A stretch of 63,961 bases of DNA, counting the filler, from Octopus bimaculoides (lineage: Eukaryota), in the NCBI RefSeq assembly GCF_001194135.2. It is 5 parts of 5 records of this genome, joined end to end, with 100 filler letters (N's around TTAATTAATTAA, not from the genome) between each part and the next. Parts side by side here need not be neighbours in the genome. Positions count along the whole stretch, not along the records: positions 24,326 to 34,977 come from NC_068986.1; positions 35,078 to 48,451 come from NC_068987.1; 3 more parts are not named here. The stretch is one strand, 5' to 3'. The notes below the pieces were generated by a model. The model did no database searches. It was given only the letters and a program-made list of their open reading frames with translations, and was not told the origin of the DNA. Made by a program: the position numbers and the translations under genes. Positions 24,226 to 36,550 of this stretch are shown one piece after another. Position 1 is the first letter of the stretch, and every line of letters begins with the position of its first letter.

Positions 24226-24325
24226 NNNNNNNNNNNNNNNNNNNNNNNNNNNNNNNNNNNNNNNNNNNNTTAATTAATTAANNNNNNNNNNNNNNNNNNN
24301 NNNNNNNNNNNNNNNNNNNNNNNNN
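24226..24325. other. Synthetic scaffold-join spacer (44N-TTAATTAATTAA-44N)
   Basis: 12-mer at 24270-24281, with stop codons in all six frames, centred in an exactly 100-bp gap. Same layout occurs 4 times. Confidence 0.92.
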
Positions 24326-24356
<31 letters not shown>

Positions 24357-24589
24357 TCCCAGTAGTTTTTAGTCTACGTGCAACCATGATTTATCACACA
24401 CACACAAACATAAAAATACATTCACACATACTCACACGCACACACTCACAAACATATATACTGATGAAAAATGACGATTCTAATTTAATGCTGTTTCGAT
24501 TGCGTACACCTAGTTTTTATTCAGCCCTACGGCTATCCGCACTATCAGTGAATGTGTAATCCAATGTTTCCGATATAGCGGAGAAGACA

Positions 24590-25849
24590 TATTTCGTCTA
24601 CGTCCCATAAATAATGCGGTTTTTTTTATACTTCTTTATTTTTCAAAATTAAAATAAACAAAATTATTTTTTAATCTAAAATATACTCTCCTTCATTTTC
24701 CAGAATGCTTTTCTATCTGTCTTCCAAAATTCACTTGTCCGTGTAGTACTCCTCCAGTACTGTTCTGACCTCATCTACAGAATTCCTATATTTTCCGTCC
24801 AAATGATTTTGAAGACTGCGGAATAGATGATCATCAAATGGGGCAATGTCCGGCAAATATGGTGGGTGGGGCCTCGTTTCCCATTCAAACCGCTCCAGTC
24901 TTTAGAATGTAATCCTCGCTGTATGTGGCCGAGCATTATCCTGATGGAAGAATAGCTTTCGTCTTGAAACCAAAGATGGTCGTTTTTCTTCTAGTGCTGA
25001 CTTCAGCCGCTCAATCTTCTCGCAGTAGATCTCCTCTGTTATCGTATAACCTGGGCTAAAAAGTTCAAAGTGGACTAAACCTTTCATATTCCGCCAAACA
25101 GATAACATCACCTTCGTGGGTGAAGACCTTCTTTAGCCTGGGGTGCCGGTGTTTCTCCTTTCCCTATGCACTGTCTTCGGCGCTTGGCATTTTTAATAAA
25201 GAACCCATTTTTCATCACCAGGCACTGTTCGGTCCAAAAAAGGTTCATTCATGAGACACGACAGAAAAGAAGAGCGCACATTCACTCTGCGCACGAATGG
25301 ACTCGGCAAGTTTGTGAGGAACACACTGACCCAATTTGCTGACTTTACCGATGGCACGGAAATGTCGATGAATGGTTGAATGATAAAATCCGAGCATCTC
25401 TGCTACTTCCTCAACAGTTATGATGGGATTTTGTTCCGTTTTAGAACGTTCTTGTCGAACTCTACATATCTTCCTTGACGAGGCTCGTCTTCTAGGCTGT
25501 AGCTTCTGGTTCAGAATTTCTGGAACCACCGGTTACACTGGCTTACGCTTATTGTCGGATCCCCATATACTGCACTAATATTCTTCGCACTTTTCGTTGC
25601 GTTTTTACCTTTATTGACTTCACAAAGTAAAATATGCCGAATATCCTCCTTTGTCACTTCCATTGCAGCTGCGAAAAGTAACTGTTAAAATCGAAATGCA
25701 CTCGTCAAAACTTGCACTAAGAATAAGGCTAAGATGAAATGACTACCTGCTTTTATAGCAAGTTGATGCAGGTAGTATATCCCGCCCCACTCCGATTTTA
25801 GTTCATGAAATTGAAAAAAAACCCGCATTATTTATAGGACGACTGAATA
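24590..25849 (-). mobile_element. Full-length decayed mariner (DD34D) transposon
   Basis: TIRs ..GTCCCATAAATAATGCGGTTTT (left) and AAAACCCGCATTATTTATAGGACGACTGAATA (right). Peptides QCVPHKL (WVPHEL motif), LFFHQDNARPHTAR and PYLPDIAP. About 1.26 kb, frameshifted. Confidence 0.92.
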
Positions 25850-26339
25850 TGTGACCAGCGAGTACACACCATTGACACTATATGTATATATAGATGCAGA
25901 CACAGGCACAAATATATGCACGACAGGTTTCCGAACAGTTTTCTCCAACGTAATTCACACGAAAGAGTTGGGTCTACCCTGTGTTAAAGTAGGAGACATT
26001 CTGCCAAATTGCCGCGTAACAGTGGCAAAGCTGGAACCACGTGTTTGGGGAACGAGCTTCTTGATCATACAGCCAAGCCTGCATCAGAGAGAGAGAGAGA
26101 AAGAGAGAGAGAGAAAGAGAGAGAGAGAAAGAGAGAGAGAAATAGAGAGAGAGAATGAGAGAGAGAGAAAGAGAGTAAGTGAAAGAGAAAAATAAATTGA
26201 TACCAGGAGTAAAAAGTAAGCAATATTTTGAGCCATGAAGAATTTGAAACGGAGTTTTGCAAACTTTTGAACTTTCTTTGAACATGTTTCCTGCAATTCT
26301 ATGTTAATACAGACATAGAGTTTCCCAAATGCATCAATA

Positions 26340-27165
26340 AATTAATATTGATTTTTTTTTTTTACTGTGTTTACAGTCATCAGAAATGGAACAGTGAAAG
26401 CCCGATATTCGAGCAATTTTGCTATTCAACTTTAAAAAAACGACGTAAAGGAACTGAAATTGCTCGCAATACCAACGAAACAATTGGTGAGGAAACTACC
26501 AGTGAGTGGTCAGCTCGAAAATGGCTTAAACGATTTCGCACTGGAGGCCTGAGCGTAGCGGATGCCAATCTGTTTTGAGCGTAGCGGATGCCCATCTGTC
26601 ATCGATGACGGTCAATGAAAGACCGTCATTGAGAAAGATCCACGTAAAACCACTCAAGAACTGGCAAAAGATAGCCAGAGTACTGCCTTCAACCATTTAC
26701 ATGCGATCGGAAAAACAAAAGAGCTCAACAAATGGATACCACACAATTTGAATGAAAATCAGAAAATGCGCAGATATGAAATTTGCTCCTCACTTCTTCT
26801 CCGTAACCAGACCGATCCATTTTTCGACCGTATTGTAACTTGCGATGTAAAGTGGATTCTGTACAATAATAAAAAAAGTTCTTCACAGTAGTTGGACCAA
26901 AATTAAGCACCGAAGACCGCTCCTAAACCTGCGTTCTGCATAAAGAAAGTTACGGTGACTGTTTCGTGGTATACTGCTGGACTCATCCACTATAACTTCT
27001 TAAATCCCGGAAAAACCGTTACTGCGGAAACATATTGCCATGGAATCGTCAAATTCAACGAAAGGCTGCTACTCTTCCGTCCCAGACTGATCAACAGAAG
27101 AGGGCCAATTATACTTCCTGACAATGCTCGAACACACGTTCCACTAATGACGTTTTACTAATGAC
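26340..27165 (+). mobile_element. Mariner transposase remnant (Hsmar1/SETMAR-like)
   Basis: ARKWLKRFRTG, WIPHNL, RIVTCDVKWILYNN, GLIHYNFLNPGKTVTAETYC and IILPDNARTH, across several frames. Confidence 0.9.
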
Positions 27166-27385
27166 TGCGTGGCATCTTGGGCAAATGTATTCTACTGTAA
27201 TGTCGGGGCGACCAACGCGTTGTGAGTGGATTTCATATAAGGCATCTGAAAGAAGCCTGTCGTATATATATATACATGTACCTGGCTTACAAAGAATAAG
27301 ACCTGGGATCGATTTGTCTAACTAATGGCAGTGGTCCAGCATGACCACAGTCAAATGATTGAAACAAATAAAATAATAAAAGAAT
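27165..27385 (+). mobile_element. SINE family B fragment
   Basis: CTGCGTGGCATCTTGGGCAAATG...TTGTGAGTGGATTT...GAAAGAAGCCTGTCG...CCAGCATGACCACAGTC. Confidence 0.75.
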
Positions 27386-27403
27386 AAGAGAAACATATAT
27401 ATA

Positions 27404-27446
<43 letters not shown>

Positions 27447-29454
27447 ATGTATGTGTGTATGTTCATACACGTAGTGCGAGTGTCTGCGTTTGTGGTGTGT
27501 GCGCGGGTGTATGTGTGTATGTATGTGTGTGTGAATGTGTGCACGTGTGTATATGCATAGGCTTGTGGAGTGTATATTTTTGTGTGGGTTTGCATATATA
27601 CACGGTGTGTCTGTATAAACTAAACATATTTGCATATGCTCTCGGCACACACATAGCAACATTGAAACGGTACACACTCTTGTACAATAAATATCGCCCA
27701 TATATTCATATATATATATATATATATATATATACATGTTTATAGAGAATGTTCATATACACTAACGTGCACACATACACACAGCATCTGCACGTACAAA
27801 CATGTATATATATANNNNNNNNNNNNNNNNNNNNNNNNNNNNNNNNNNNNNNNNNNNNNNNNNNNNNNNNNNNNNNNNNNNNNNNNNNNNNNNNNNNNNN
27901 NNNNNNNNNNNNNNNNNNNNNNNNNNNNNNNNNNNNNNNNNNNNNNNNNNNNNNNNNNNNNNNNNNNNNNNNNNNNNNNNNNNNNNNNNNNNNNNNNNNN
28001 NNNNNNNNNNNNNNNNNNNNNNNNNNNNNNNNNNNNNNNNNNNNNNNNNNNNNNNNNNNNNNNNNNNNNNNNNNNNNNNNNNNNNNNNNNNNNNNNNNNN
28101 NNNNNNNNNNNNNNNNNNNNNNNNNNNNNNNNNNNNNNNNNNNNNNNNNNNNNNNNNNNNNNNNNNNNNNNNNNNNNNNNNNNNNNNNNNNNNNNNNNNN
28201 NNNNNNNNNNNNNNNNNNNNNNNNNNNNNNNNNNNNNNNNNNNNNNNNNNNNNNNNNNNNNNNNNNNNNNNNNNNNNNNNNNNNNNNNNNNNNNNNNNNN
28301 NNNNNNNNNNNNNNNNNNNNNNNNNNNNNNNNNNNNNNNNNNNNNNNNNNNNNNNNNNNNNNNNNNNNNNNNNNNNNNNNNNNNNNNNNNNNNNNNNNNN
28401 NNNNNNNNNNNNNNNNNNNNNNNNNNNNNNNNNNNNNNNNNNNNNNNNNNNNNNNNNNNNNNNNNNNNNNNNNNNNNNNNNNNNNNNNNNNNNNNNNNNN
28501 NNNNNNNNNNNNNNNNNNNNNNNNNNNNNNNNNNNNNNNNNNNNNNNNNNNNNNNNNNNNNNNNNNNNNNNNNNNNNNNNNNNNNNNNNNNNNNNNNNNN
28601 NNNNNNNNNNNNNNNNNNNNNNNNNNNNNNNNNNATATATATATATATATATATATACCTTTTGTATCATTTGTCCACATTTATGTATGCAAATGTGTCT
28701 ATATATACTCGTCGGATATGTATATTTGTGATTAAATATGACTTATTATACACACAGATACATATAAAATACACACACTGCTTTACATATACACACACTT
28801 AATTATGTACGCACAAACACACACACAAAGATATAGGTAGGAATGATAAAAATAAAAATAGTTTTGTACTATTTCGTGATGACTTTTAGTTGTACAAATA
28901 TGGTGGCGGTGGTGTTGCGGTACAGAAGACAAGATGGTGGGTGTGTGTGTGTGTTTGTGTGTGTGTGTACGTGTGTATGTATTAGGTTTTGTAGATAAAC
29001 AAAACAAGACAAAAAGCAAAAGTAAATCGATGGAATAATTTTAAGATAAGGAAAATTTATTCCTGATTTTAAAGCGAAATCTCTCATGAACGATTCGAAC
29101 CTCTTGGCTAACGGTAAAAGAAACTTTGTTGTCTACTTAGACTGATTATACAGAGATAAGAAGAAAATTTCTTTAAAGTAAAACTATCGTCTGTAATTGG
29201 CACAAACATAAACACGGCTTGAGATTTCACAATACAGCAAAAATATATATCAAGAAAAATATTTATCTTTTATTGTAATTTACTACTTCTGCTACTACTA
29301 CAACTACTACTACTACTACTACTACTACTACTGCTGATGTATGTGTGTTATTTTATATCGAGCCCCAGACTATAAACGTGTTATGTATTACGTTATTAAA
29401 TATTTCCTCTCTAGTTCAATCTTGTTGTACAGAGATGACTAACTTTCGTCCATT

Positions 29455-29843
29455 TGTTGTTGTTATTGGCACTCCGTCGCTTACGATGTCGAGGGTTCCA
29501 GTTGATCCGATCAACGGAACAGCCTGCTCGTGAAATTAACGTGCAAGTGGCTGAGCACTCCACAGACACGTGTACCCTTAACGTAGTTCTCGGAGATATT
29601 CAACGTGAGACAGTGTGACAAGGCTGACCCTTTGAATTACAGGCACAACAGAAACAGGAAGTAAGAGTGAAAGAAAGTTGTGGTGAAAGAGTACACTAGG
29701 GTTCGCCACCATCCCCTGCCGGAGCCGCGTGGAGCTTTAGGTGTTTTCGCTCAATAAACACTCACAACGCCCGGTCTGGGAATCGAAACCGCGATCCTAT
29801 AACCGCGAGTCAGCTGCCCTAACCACTGGGCCATTGCGCCTCC
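29455..29843 (-). mobile_element. Full-length SINE family A with 13-bp TSD
   Basis: Head GGAGGCGCAATGGCCCAGTGGTTAGGGCAG, (AAC)n tail, exact direct repeat ACTTTCGTCCATT at 29442-29454 and 29844-29856. Confidence 0.96.
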
Positions 29844-30059
29844 ACTTTCGTCCATTAACAAGATGACAATCGTTAAGACAGGTATCAGTGATATACCAGG
29901 GTGTTTGTATCATTGCCAGAAATATCTGCGGACTCATAAAATTGCGCGTCCGTTCTGTCATTAGACTCACGTTCAGTGCTTGGCTTAATCGGGTCGCTCG
30001 GTTTTAACTCCGCTTAGAGTTCATGCGATTCGCTTTTCCATAGTTATCTGTACAGAATA

Positions 30060-30590
30060 ATCTGGTCCGAGGCAAAAATTAAAAAGCCGCATACGTGAGA
30101 AACGAGATTGCACGAATGACCGACAAAGCCGTCAACACGAATCAGTTCTTCAGAGACCTAAAGGTGAATGGTTACCCACCATTTTAGCCAAACAACGGCA
30201 CCTAAAAAAACATCAGGGTCTATAAACTCCCAAGTCCGGCACGTGCTTCTTAAAGCTACCACACTTTGACGACAGAAATACTGCAGCGATGCAACACGCA
30301 GTCCGCAGGGAAGGAGTCGGCATACAAATAGTATACTCCGGCCATTCCTTGAGAAAAGTTCTGTTGAAGAACAATACCTCTCACTACTTCGAGGAGTGCA
30401 CATTATCGAACTGCCCTATCAATGACCCTGATTGTGCCAGAGGACCTATGTTGTATATAAGATCATCTGTGGAAAATGTGGTGAATCCTACATAGGAAGG
30501 AGAACAAGAAAACTGCATATTCGTATAAAGGAACACATGCTGGCAGACACCTCTGTGAAGAAACATCTACGGAAATGTCTGACTCGGGAA
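30060..30590 (+). mobile_element. Penelope-like element fragment: RT C-terminus/linker and GIY-YIG endonuclease
   Basis: CQRTYVVYKIICGKCGESYIGRRTRKLHIRIKEH matches the VVY..C..C...YIG.T.R.L..RIKEH pattern of Penelope GIY-YIG domains. Upstream DLKVNGYP and LKLPHFDD-like peptides. Confidence 0.85.
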
Positions 30591-30651
30591 TTCACAGTGC
30601 ACCCTAGGGCAAAACAGTGCACCCTAGGGCAAAACAGCAGAATGTAAATCT

Positions 30652-31440
30652 TTACTACTATAGGCACAAGGCCTGAAATTTTAGTGAGGGGTATAGTCAA
30701 TTAGATCGACTCCAGTACTCAACTGATACTTAATATATCGACCCAGAAAGGATGAAAGGTAAAGTCGACCTCGGCGGAATTTGAACTCAGAAGGTAACAG
30801 CAGACGAAATACCGTCAAGTATTTCGCCCGGCGTGCTAACGTTTCTGCCAGCTCACCGCTTTACGTTCTGAATTTAAATGTCACCGGGGTCTACTTTCCC
30901 TTTTACCCTTTCGGGGTCGATTAAATAAGTACCAACTACGCACTGGTGTCAATGTAATCGATATAATCCCTTCCCCACAAATTTGAGGCTTTGTGCTTCC
31001 AGTATAAAGAATTAATAAAGGTTAACGAGGTGAACTGGTAGAATCGTTACTGCACCCAGAGAAAAAGCCTCGAGATATTTCTTCCGAATTTATGTCCTGA
31101 ATTTAAGTTATCCCTGAGTTGGCTTTGCTTTTTATCCTTTCGGCTTCGATAAAATAAATACCATTTGAATACTGGAGTCGATGTAATCGATACATTTCCA
31201 CCGCCAAATTTGCTGGCCTTGTGCCAAGCTTTGAAATTAATATTCACAACGGTTCCAAATTTCGGCCAGCAACTTTGAAGGCAGGGATTTGGTCGATTTT
31301 ATTGATTCCAGTGCTCAATTCATACTTGTTTAATCTACCAAGAAAGGATGTAATTCAGAGCTCATAGTTTAGCTCGTCGGCACTTGCACTCAGAACGTAA
31401 AGGGCCGCAAATGATGCTTAACGAATCTACCAAGCCACCG
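30652..31440. mobile_element. Four adjacent SINE family C copies (-,+,+,-)
   Basis: Copies at about 30652-30859 (-), 30860-31015 (+), 31022-31245 (+) and 31250-31440 (-, most degraded). Confidence 0.8.
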
Positions 31441-31744
31441 CATTTACTAATGTGCTTAATGAACAATAGTTTTACAGTTGCTGCAATTAATACAGGAGAA
31501 CGTTGATTATCCGGAATAAAAGATTACAAACCGCTCCTTAATCAGCTGACAGCAAACCTATTATGGCAAAACTGTTAGAGAAACACGCTCCACTGATCCT
31601 AATCACATCTGCTATATCTACCTGAACGTTAATTAGATAAGGTAAAAATAAGTAATAAATAAATAAATAGATAAATAAATGTGCTTCAGTTGATTGGGGC
31701 ACCGAAGTACGGAAATGATTAGTAATGTTTAATCCTTAATTTTT

Positions 31745-32110
31745 ATTTCTGTTAGACTGCGGCCATGCTGGGGCACTACTTTTACTGACTTATTGAAACA
31801 AATCGATTTCAGTGCTTATTTTTTTTATATGGTATTTATCCTGTCCGATCGTTTTGTAGAACTCTTAAGTTAAAGGGTCTTAAACAAACCAACACCGGTT
31901 GTCAAACGGTAGCAGGACAAAAGAAAAGGCAGATACATGTATATACACAAATACACCCCCGCCACACGCACACATGACTCGATAAATCGCAGTTTCCGTG
32001 ACCCAAATCCATTCACAAAGCATAGGACGGTTTGAGGTTATAGTGGAGAAACCCTTCAACAAGATGCCACGCAATGGGAAAGATCCCAAAATCAAGTAGT
32101 CGCAAAAACC
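31745..32110 (-). mobile_element. Degraded SINE family B variant
   Basis: GACTGCGGCCATGCTGGGGCAC tail, AACACCGGTTGTCAAACGGT, CAGTTTCCGT..CCAAATCCATTCACAAAGC. Confidence 0.7.
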
Positions 32111-32267
32111 AGCTTCTTAACCAGGCATCCTTCATAATAATTATATATGAATTAACATTGTTGGTGTTGGGTTCTCGATGTTCTTTGTAGGATGTTTTGT
32201 TCAATAACACTTTAAAGAGTCTTGACTAACCAACTGGTGACGTTGACGACTCAGCGAAGCGTTCTAT

Positions 32268-32845
32268 CTTTTCTGCTAAAGGCACAAGACCTGAAATTTG
32301 TCGGGAGGGGATTAGTTGATGACGTCGACCGCAGTGTTTCACTGGTACTTATTTAATCGACCCCGAAAGGATGAAAAGCAAAGTCGACCTCGGTGGAATT
32401 TGAACTCAGAACGTAACGGCAGGCGAAATACCGCTAAGCATTTCGCCCGGCGTGCTAGCGATTCTTTTCTACTATAGGCAAAAGGCCCAACATTTTTGGG
32501 GAAAGGACCAGTCGATTAGATCGACCCCAGTACGCAACTGGCACTTAATTTATCGACCCCGAAAGGATGAAGGGCAAAGTCGACCTCGGCGGAATTTGAA
32601 TACAGAACGTAAAGACAGATGAGACACCGGCGTGCTGACGTTTTTTATTTCTTTAATACGCACAAGGTGCTAAACATAGAGAGGACAAACAAGGACAGAC
32701 AAATGGATTAAGTCAATTACATCGACTCCCGAAAGGATGAAAAGCAAAGTCGACCTCGGCGGAATTTGAACTCAGAACATAACGGCAGACGGAATTCCGT
32801 TAAGCATTTCGCCTGGTGTGCTAACGTTTCTACCAGCTCACCGTC
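32268..32845 (-). mobile_element. Three head-to-tail SINE family C copies
   Basis: AAAGGATGAA(A/G)..CAAAGTCGACCTCGG..GAATTTGAA..CAGAAC occurs three times. Confidence 0.9.
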
Positions 32846-33585
32846 TTCAGTGTAGCGTTATAATACTGAACGATAAAGTTGAGCAGCGTTGCAGCGACGT
32901 GGCTGAAAGGTTACGAAATTCTTTTCCCATTCTCTAGTTACCATGTTCTAATCCCTTGTCTGATGCCTCATGCTAGTATCTCAGTATTTTGGAATTTCCT
33001 CAAGTAAAATTCGGTAGATGGCAACGGTATGGAAGCTGCTCTAATGGAGGAATACCCGCATTTCAAAAGTACTATTTTGCCGTTCTCCGCATCTTACTCA
33101 TTCTACTTGAAAATTACGCGAAATCTGCGTCTGTGTGCCGAAGGTCCAGCTCTTTGCACGCTAAATTTATGACCAGATAACTTATTTAGTTAAATAACAA
33201 TTTTCATTTTCGATACTGACGGATATCCATGCTTTTATATGAATAGAGCGCGGATAAATGTAATGCTTAAATGTGATTATTTAGTTTTTGTCTTAAATCT
33301 GCAATTTTTATCCTAATCTTTTAATATTTTGTTATCAACAGTGTTGCTTGTTTTCTTTCTATGTGTTTACTCTTAGCTGGTGTTTTTCATCTTGATTTTC
33401 ATTATTGTTGCTGTTGCTGATGTTTAGACTTAAGTTAACGATAGCAAATCTGACCTTTGAACAACAATTTTCCAACAAAAACAATTCTGTCTTTCTAAAT
33501 AGAATATAACTTGAGTGAAGCTTAGTTACGTTTATGGATTTATCTTGCAAGATCCACGATCTGGAACAATGTTGAAACAGATATT

Positions 33586-33666
33586 GTTATATTTGGGGAC
33601 GGTCATATTTTCTGCCAATTAAATACACGCACTGTATACTTGGCCTTCACCTCATCTTTATTATTA

Positions 33667-33718
<52 letters not shown>

Positions 33719-34132
33719 CATCATTATTATTAATTCAGTGTCCTTTTTGTCTGAAAACTTTCGCCACACATCCTATGACTTCTTCAGCGACTCTCCATAC
33801 TACGTGTCTCATGTTCTATTTAGGCGACTAGACTAACGTAATAATAATAATCTTTTCTACCCTAGGCACAAGACCTGAAATTTTTGGGGGAGGGTGGGCC
33901 AGACGATTAGATCGACCCCAGTACGCAACTAGTACTTAATTTATCGATCCCGAAAGGATGAAAGGCAAAGTCGACCTCGGCGGAGTTTGATCTCACAACG
34001 TAAAGGCAGACGAGATACTGCTAAGCATTTCACCCGGCGTGCTAACGTTTCTGCCAAGCTGGGGGTGAAGCCAAGTATACAGTACGTGTGTGTGATTAAT
34101 TGACCAAAAATATGACCGTCCCTAAATATAAC
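33586..34132. mobile_element. About 70-bp inverted repeat pair (MITE-like) enclosing (TTA)n, a hammerhead-like motif and a SINE C copy
   Basis: Left arm 33586-33653 GTTATATTTGGGGACGGTCATATTTT...ACTGTATACTTGGCCTTCACC is the approximate reverse complement of 34062-34132. Confidence 0.7.
33852..34058 (-). mobile_element. Full-length SINE family C
   Basis: Follows (TAA)n. Complete body and tRNA-like head ending ..GCTAACGTTTCTGCCA. Confidence 0.9.
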
Positions 34133-34977
34133 TTGACTGAGAGTTAATCACTTTTTCGAAAAAGTAAATGGAGTGCATATAAGGTCCATTGCTGGCTCAG
34201 GGCTCGCTTAATGGCTGATCTTTTAATAAGGTAAGTTCTTCGTACTTGCTCGTATTTTTACGCTTAATATGATATTGATGATGGCACTCCGTCGCATACG
34301 ACGTGGAGGGTTCCAGTTGATCCGATCAACGGAAAAGCCTGCTCGTGAAATTAATTTCTTTGCCTAATACAACACTAGTCTGCGCATGTCACTATTCTTG
34401 TCTGAGCGATGACTTTATTATATTCTGACTAACTTTATTATATTCTGCATGTCTCATCGTATCCTAATAAATGAAGCCCAACTCCGAAATATCAAAGAAA
34501 CAAAACGTAAAATTTCAACTGTACTTTTGTATTGTTTCATCCTTTACAAGATTTATCTATTTTAATATCATGAAATACTTCACCAAAATTACTCTTATCT
34601 CGAGATCCTTCTATTTATATTGCATCATGATTCGTACCAGATGTTGGCTCGTCAGAATTTTCAAAGATCGTACATATGTGTCTGAACAACAGTCGAGTGT
34701 AGGCTAAAGAATTTATACCCTACGACTGATTGTGTTGGATATATATTTGTCGTTTAAGGTACATAGTAATATCTATGAAGATATTTAGATCCTCTTACGA
34801 ACTCACTTAAACATTTTCATTATTAACTCCTTAAGCTGTAATTGCATCGAATAAGCATATTTTTCTGTTGACAGCAAAAGCTGGAGTAGTAGCAGTTTCT
34901 GAAGGTTTGAGAGAAAACACGATATTTTCATTGTAGAATTCATATACATATATGTATGTATATATATATATATATAT

Positions 34978-35077
34978 NNNNNNNNNNNNNNNNNNNNNNN
35001 NNNNNNNNNNNNNNNNNNNNNTTAATTAATTAANNNNNNNNNNNNNNNNNNNNNNNNNNNNNNNNNNNNNNNNNNNN
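34978..35077. other. Synthetic scaffold-join spacer
   Basis: 44N, TTAATTAATTAA (35022-35033), 44N. Confidence 0.92.
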
Positions 35078-35673
35078 GCTGATGAAGGGGATGTTTCTAT
35101 GTGGCCTGCTTGTTTGTTGCACCTTGTTTACCATTTTGTCCATGTTCTTTTGCCACGTCATGTACCCAGTTATGTATCTATATGTACATGTGGATGAAGG
35201 TATATACATACATGTACATATATATGCATATACTCATATATTGTTTTTATATATATATATATATGTATATATATATAAAAGGTTTTACTATCAAACATTG
35301 TTCACCAAAACACCACCACCATTCCCCTCTGCCAACAGAAGCACGCCGCCCCCTCCCGCTTGCTCCTGCATTAAGCCATTAATATCCACCCACCAGGTGG
35401 CAACCAGACTGGCAGGCAACAATAGCTGGAGTTGATCCGGCTATTCACAGCATTCAACTGAGTGATTGTCCGCTCCCATTTCCACGGCACCACATCGAAA
35501 CAAGAGTCGAGTCGAACAGGTGAAGGTTCTTAAGAGAGTCTTTAAGGATTTCTAAGAATTTTTGTTTTTCTATATCATGTGACCACTGTCTGCTACTCCT
35601 TCTCAAACATCACCTCCTACTATCATTCCAGCTGGAATATGACACACACACACACACACACACAGAGAGCTTG

Positions 35674-35705
<32 letters not shown>

Positions 35706-36169
35706 ATATATNNNNNNNNNNNNNNNNNNNNNNNNNNNNNNNNNNNNNNNNNNNNNNNNNNNNNNNNNNNNNNNNNNNNNNNNNNNNNNNNNNNNNNNNN
35801 NNNNNNNNNNNNNNNNNNNNNNNNNNNNNNNNNNNNNNNNNNNNNNNNNNNNNNNNNNNNNNNNNNNNTATATATATACATATATATATATATAATTACG
35901 TGTATTTCTTCTATCTTAATGAATAAAAATTCTTCTGATAGAATAAATGGGTTAATAGAAACCAATGTAGCAAAGAACACAAAATAACTGTGGTTAGCTC
36001 CTGTTTTTAAGGCAGGAACTCCTTGAAATTTTGGGTATTTGAGTATATTTAAGAATTTAAGGATTGGAGAAAACGCATGCTACAATTGCATACTCCACTC
36101 CTACATATGTTTCAAAGGACCACAACCTGTGCGATCCATAGGGATCCCCGATATTAAAATTGTAACCTT

Positions 36170-36550
36170 CTCATGTATATATGGAGGCAAGAAGAATAGC
36201 TAAAAATCTTAAAATTTGTGAGAGGATAGAATATCTCTCCCCTCGCCACCCTTTTATTACCCTAAAAGACCATAAAGCTAATTTTCATAGAAACCCTAAA
36301 TGTAGATTGATTAATCTGGCTAAAACTGAAAGAGGTATTATTAGCAAATATATTTTAGATCGTATTATAACTAAGTTAGATAGTGAATTAAATTTACGGA
36401 TTTGGGAAAACACTAAGTCAGTAATAGATTGGTTTAAAGGGATTAGCCATAAGCATATCTGCAAATTTGCACAGTTTTATATTATTGACTTTTACCCGTC
36501 AATATTCAGGCCTTTGCTCCTAAAAGTGTTAGACTTCAAACTCACTGTTT
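36170..36550 (+). mobile_element. Penelope-like reverse transcriptase fragment
   Basis: PFITLKDHKANFHRNPKCRLINLAK...FYIIDFYPSI resembles PLE RT motifs 1-3 (FITLKDHK..CRLINP..DI..FYPSI). Open for 123 codons. Confidence 0.8.

Noticed and set aside
32989-33180. 63-aa ORF and alternative frames in non-repeat sequence
   Set aside because: No recognisable homology, no convincing splice sites, short frames on both strands.
35078-35110. GCTGATGAAGGGG at the start of a scaffold as a ribozyme or PLE terminus
   Set aside because: No GAAA at a suitable distance, and the upstream context is lost at the synthetic join.
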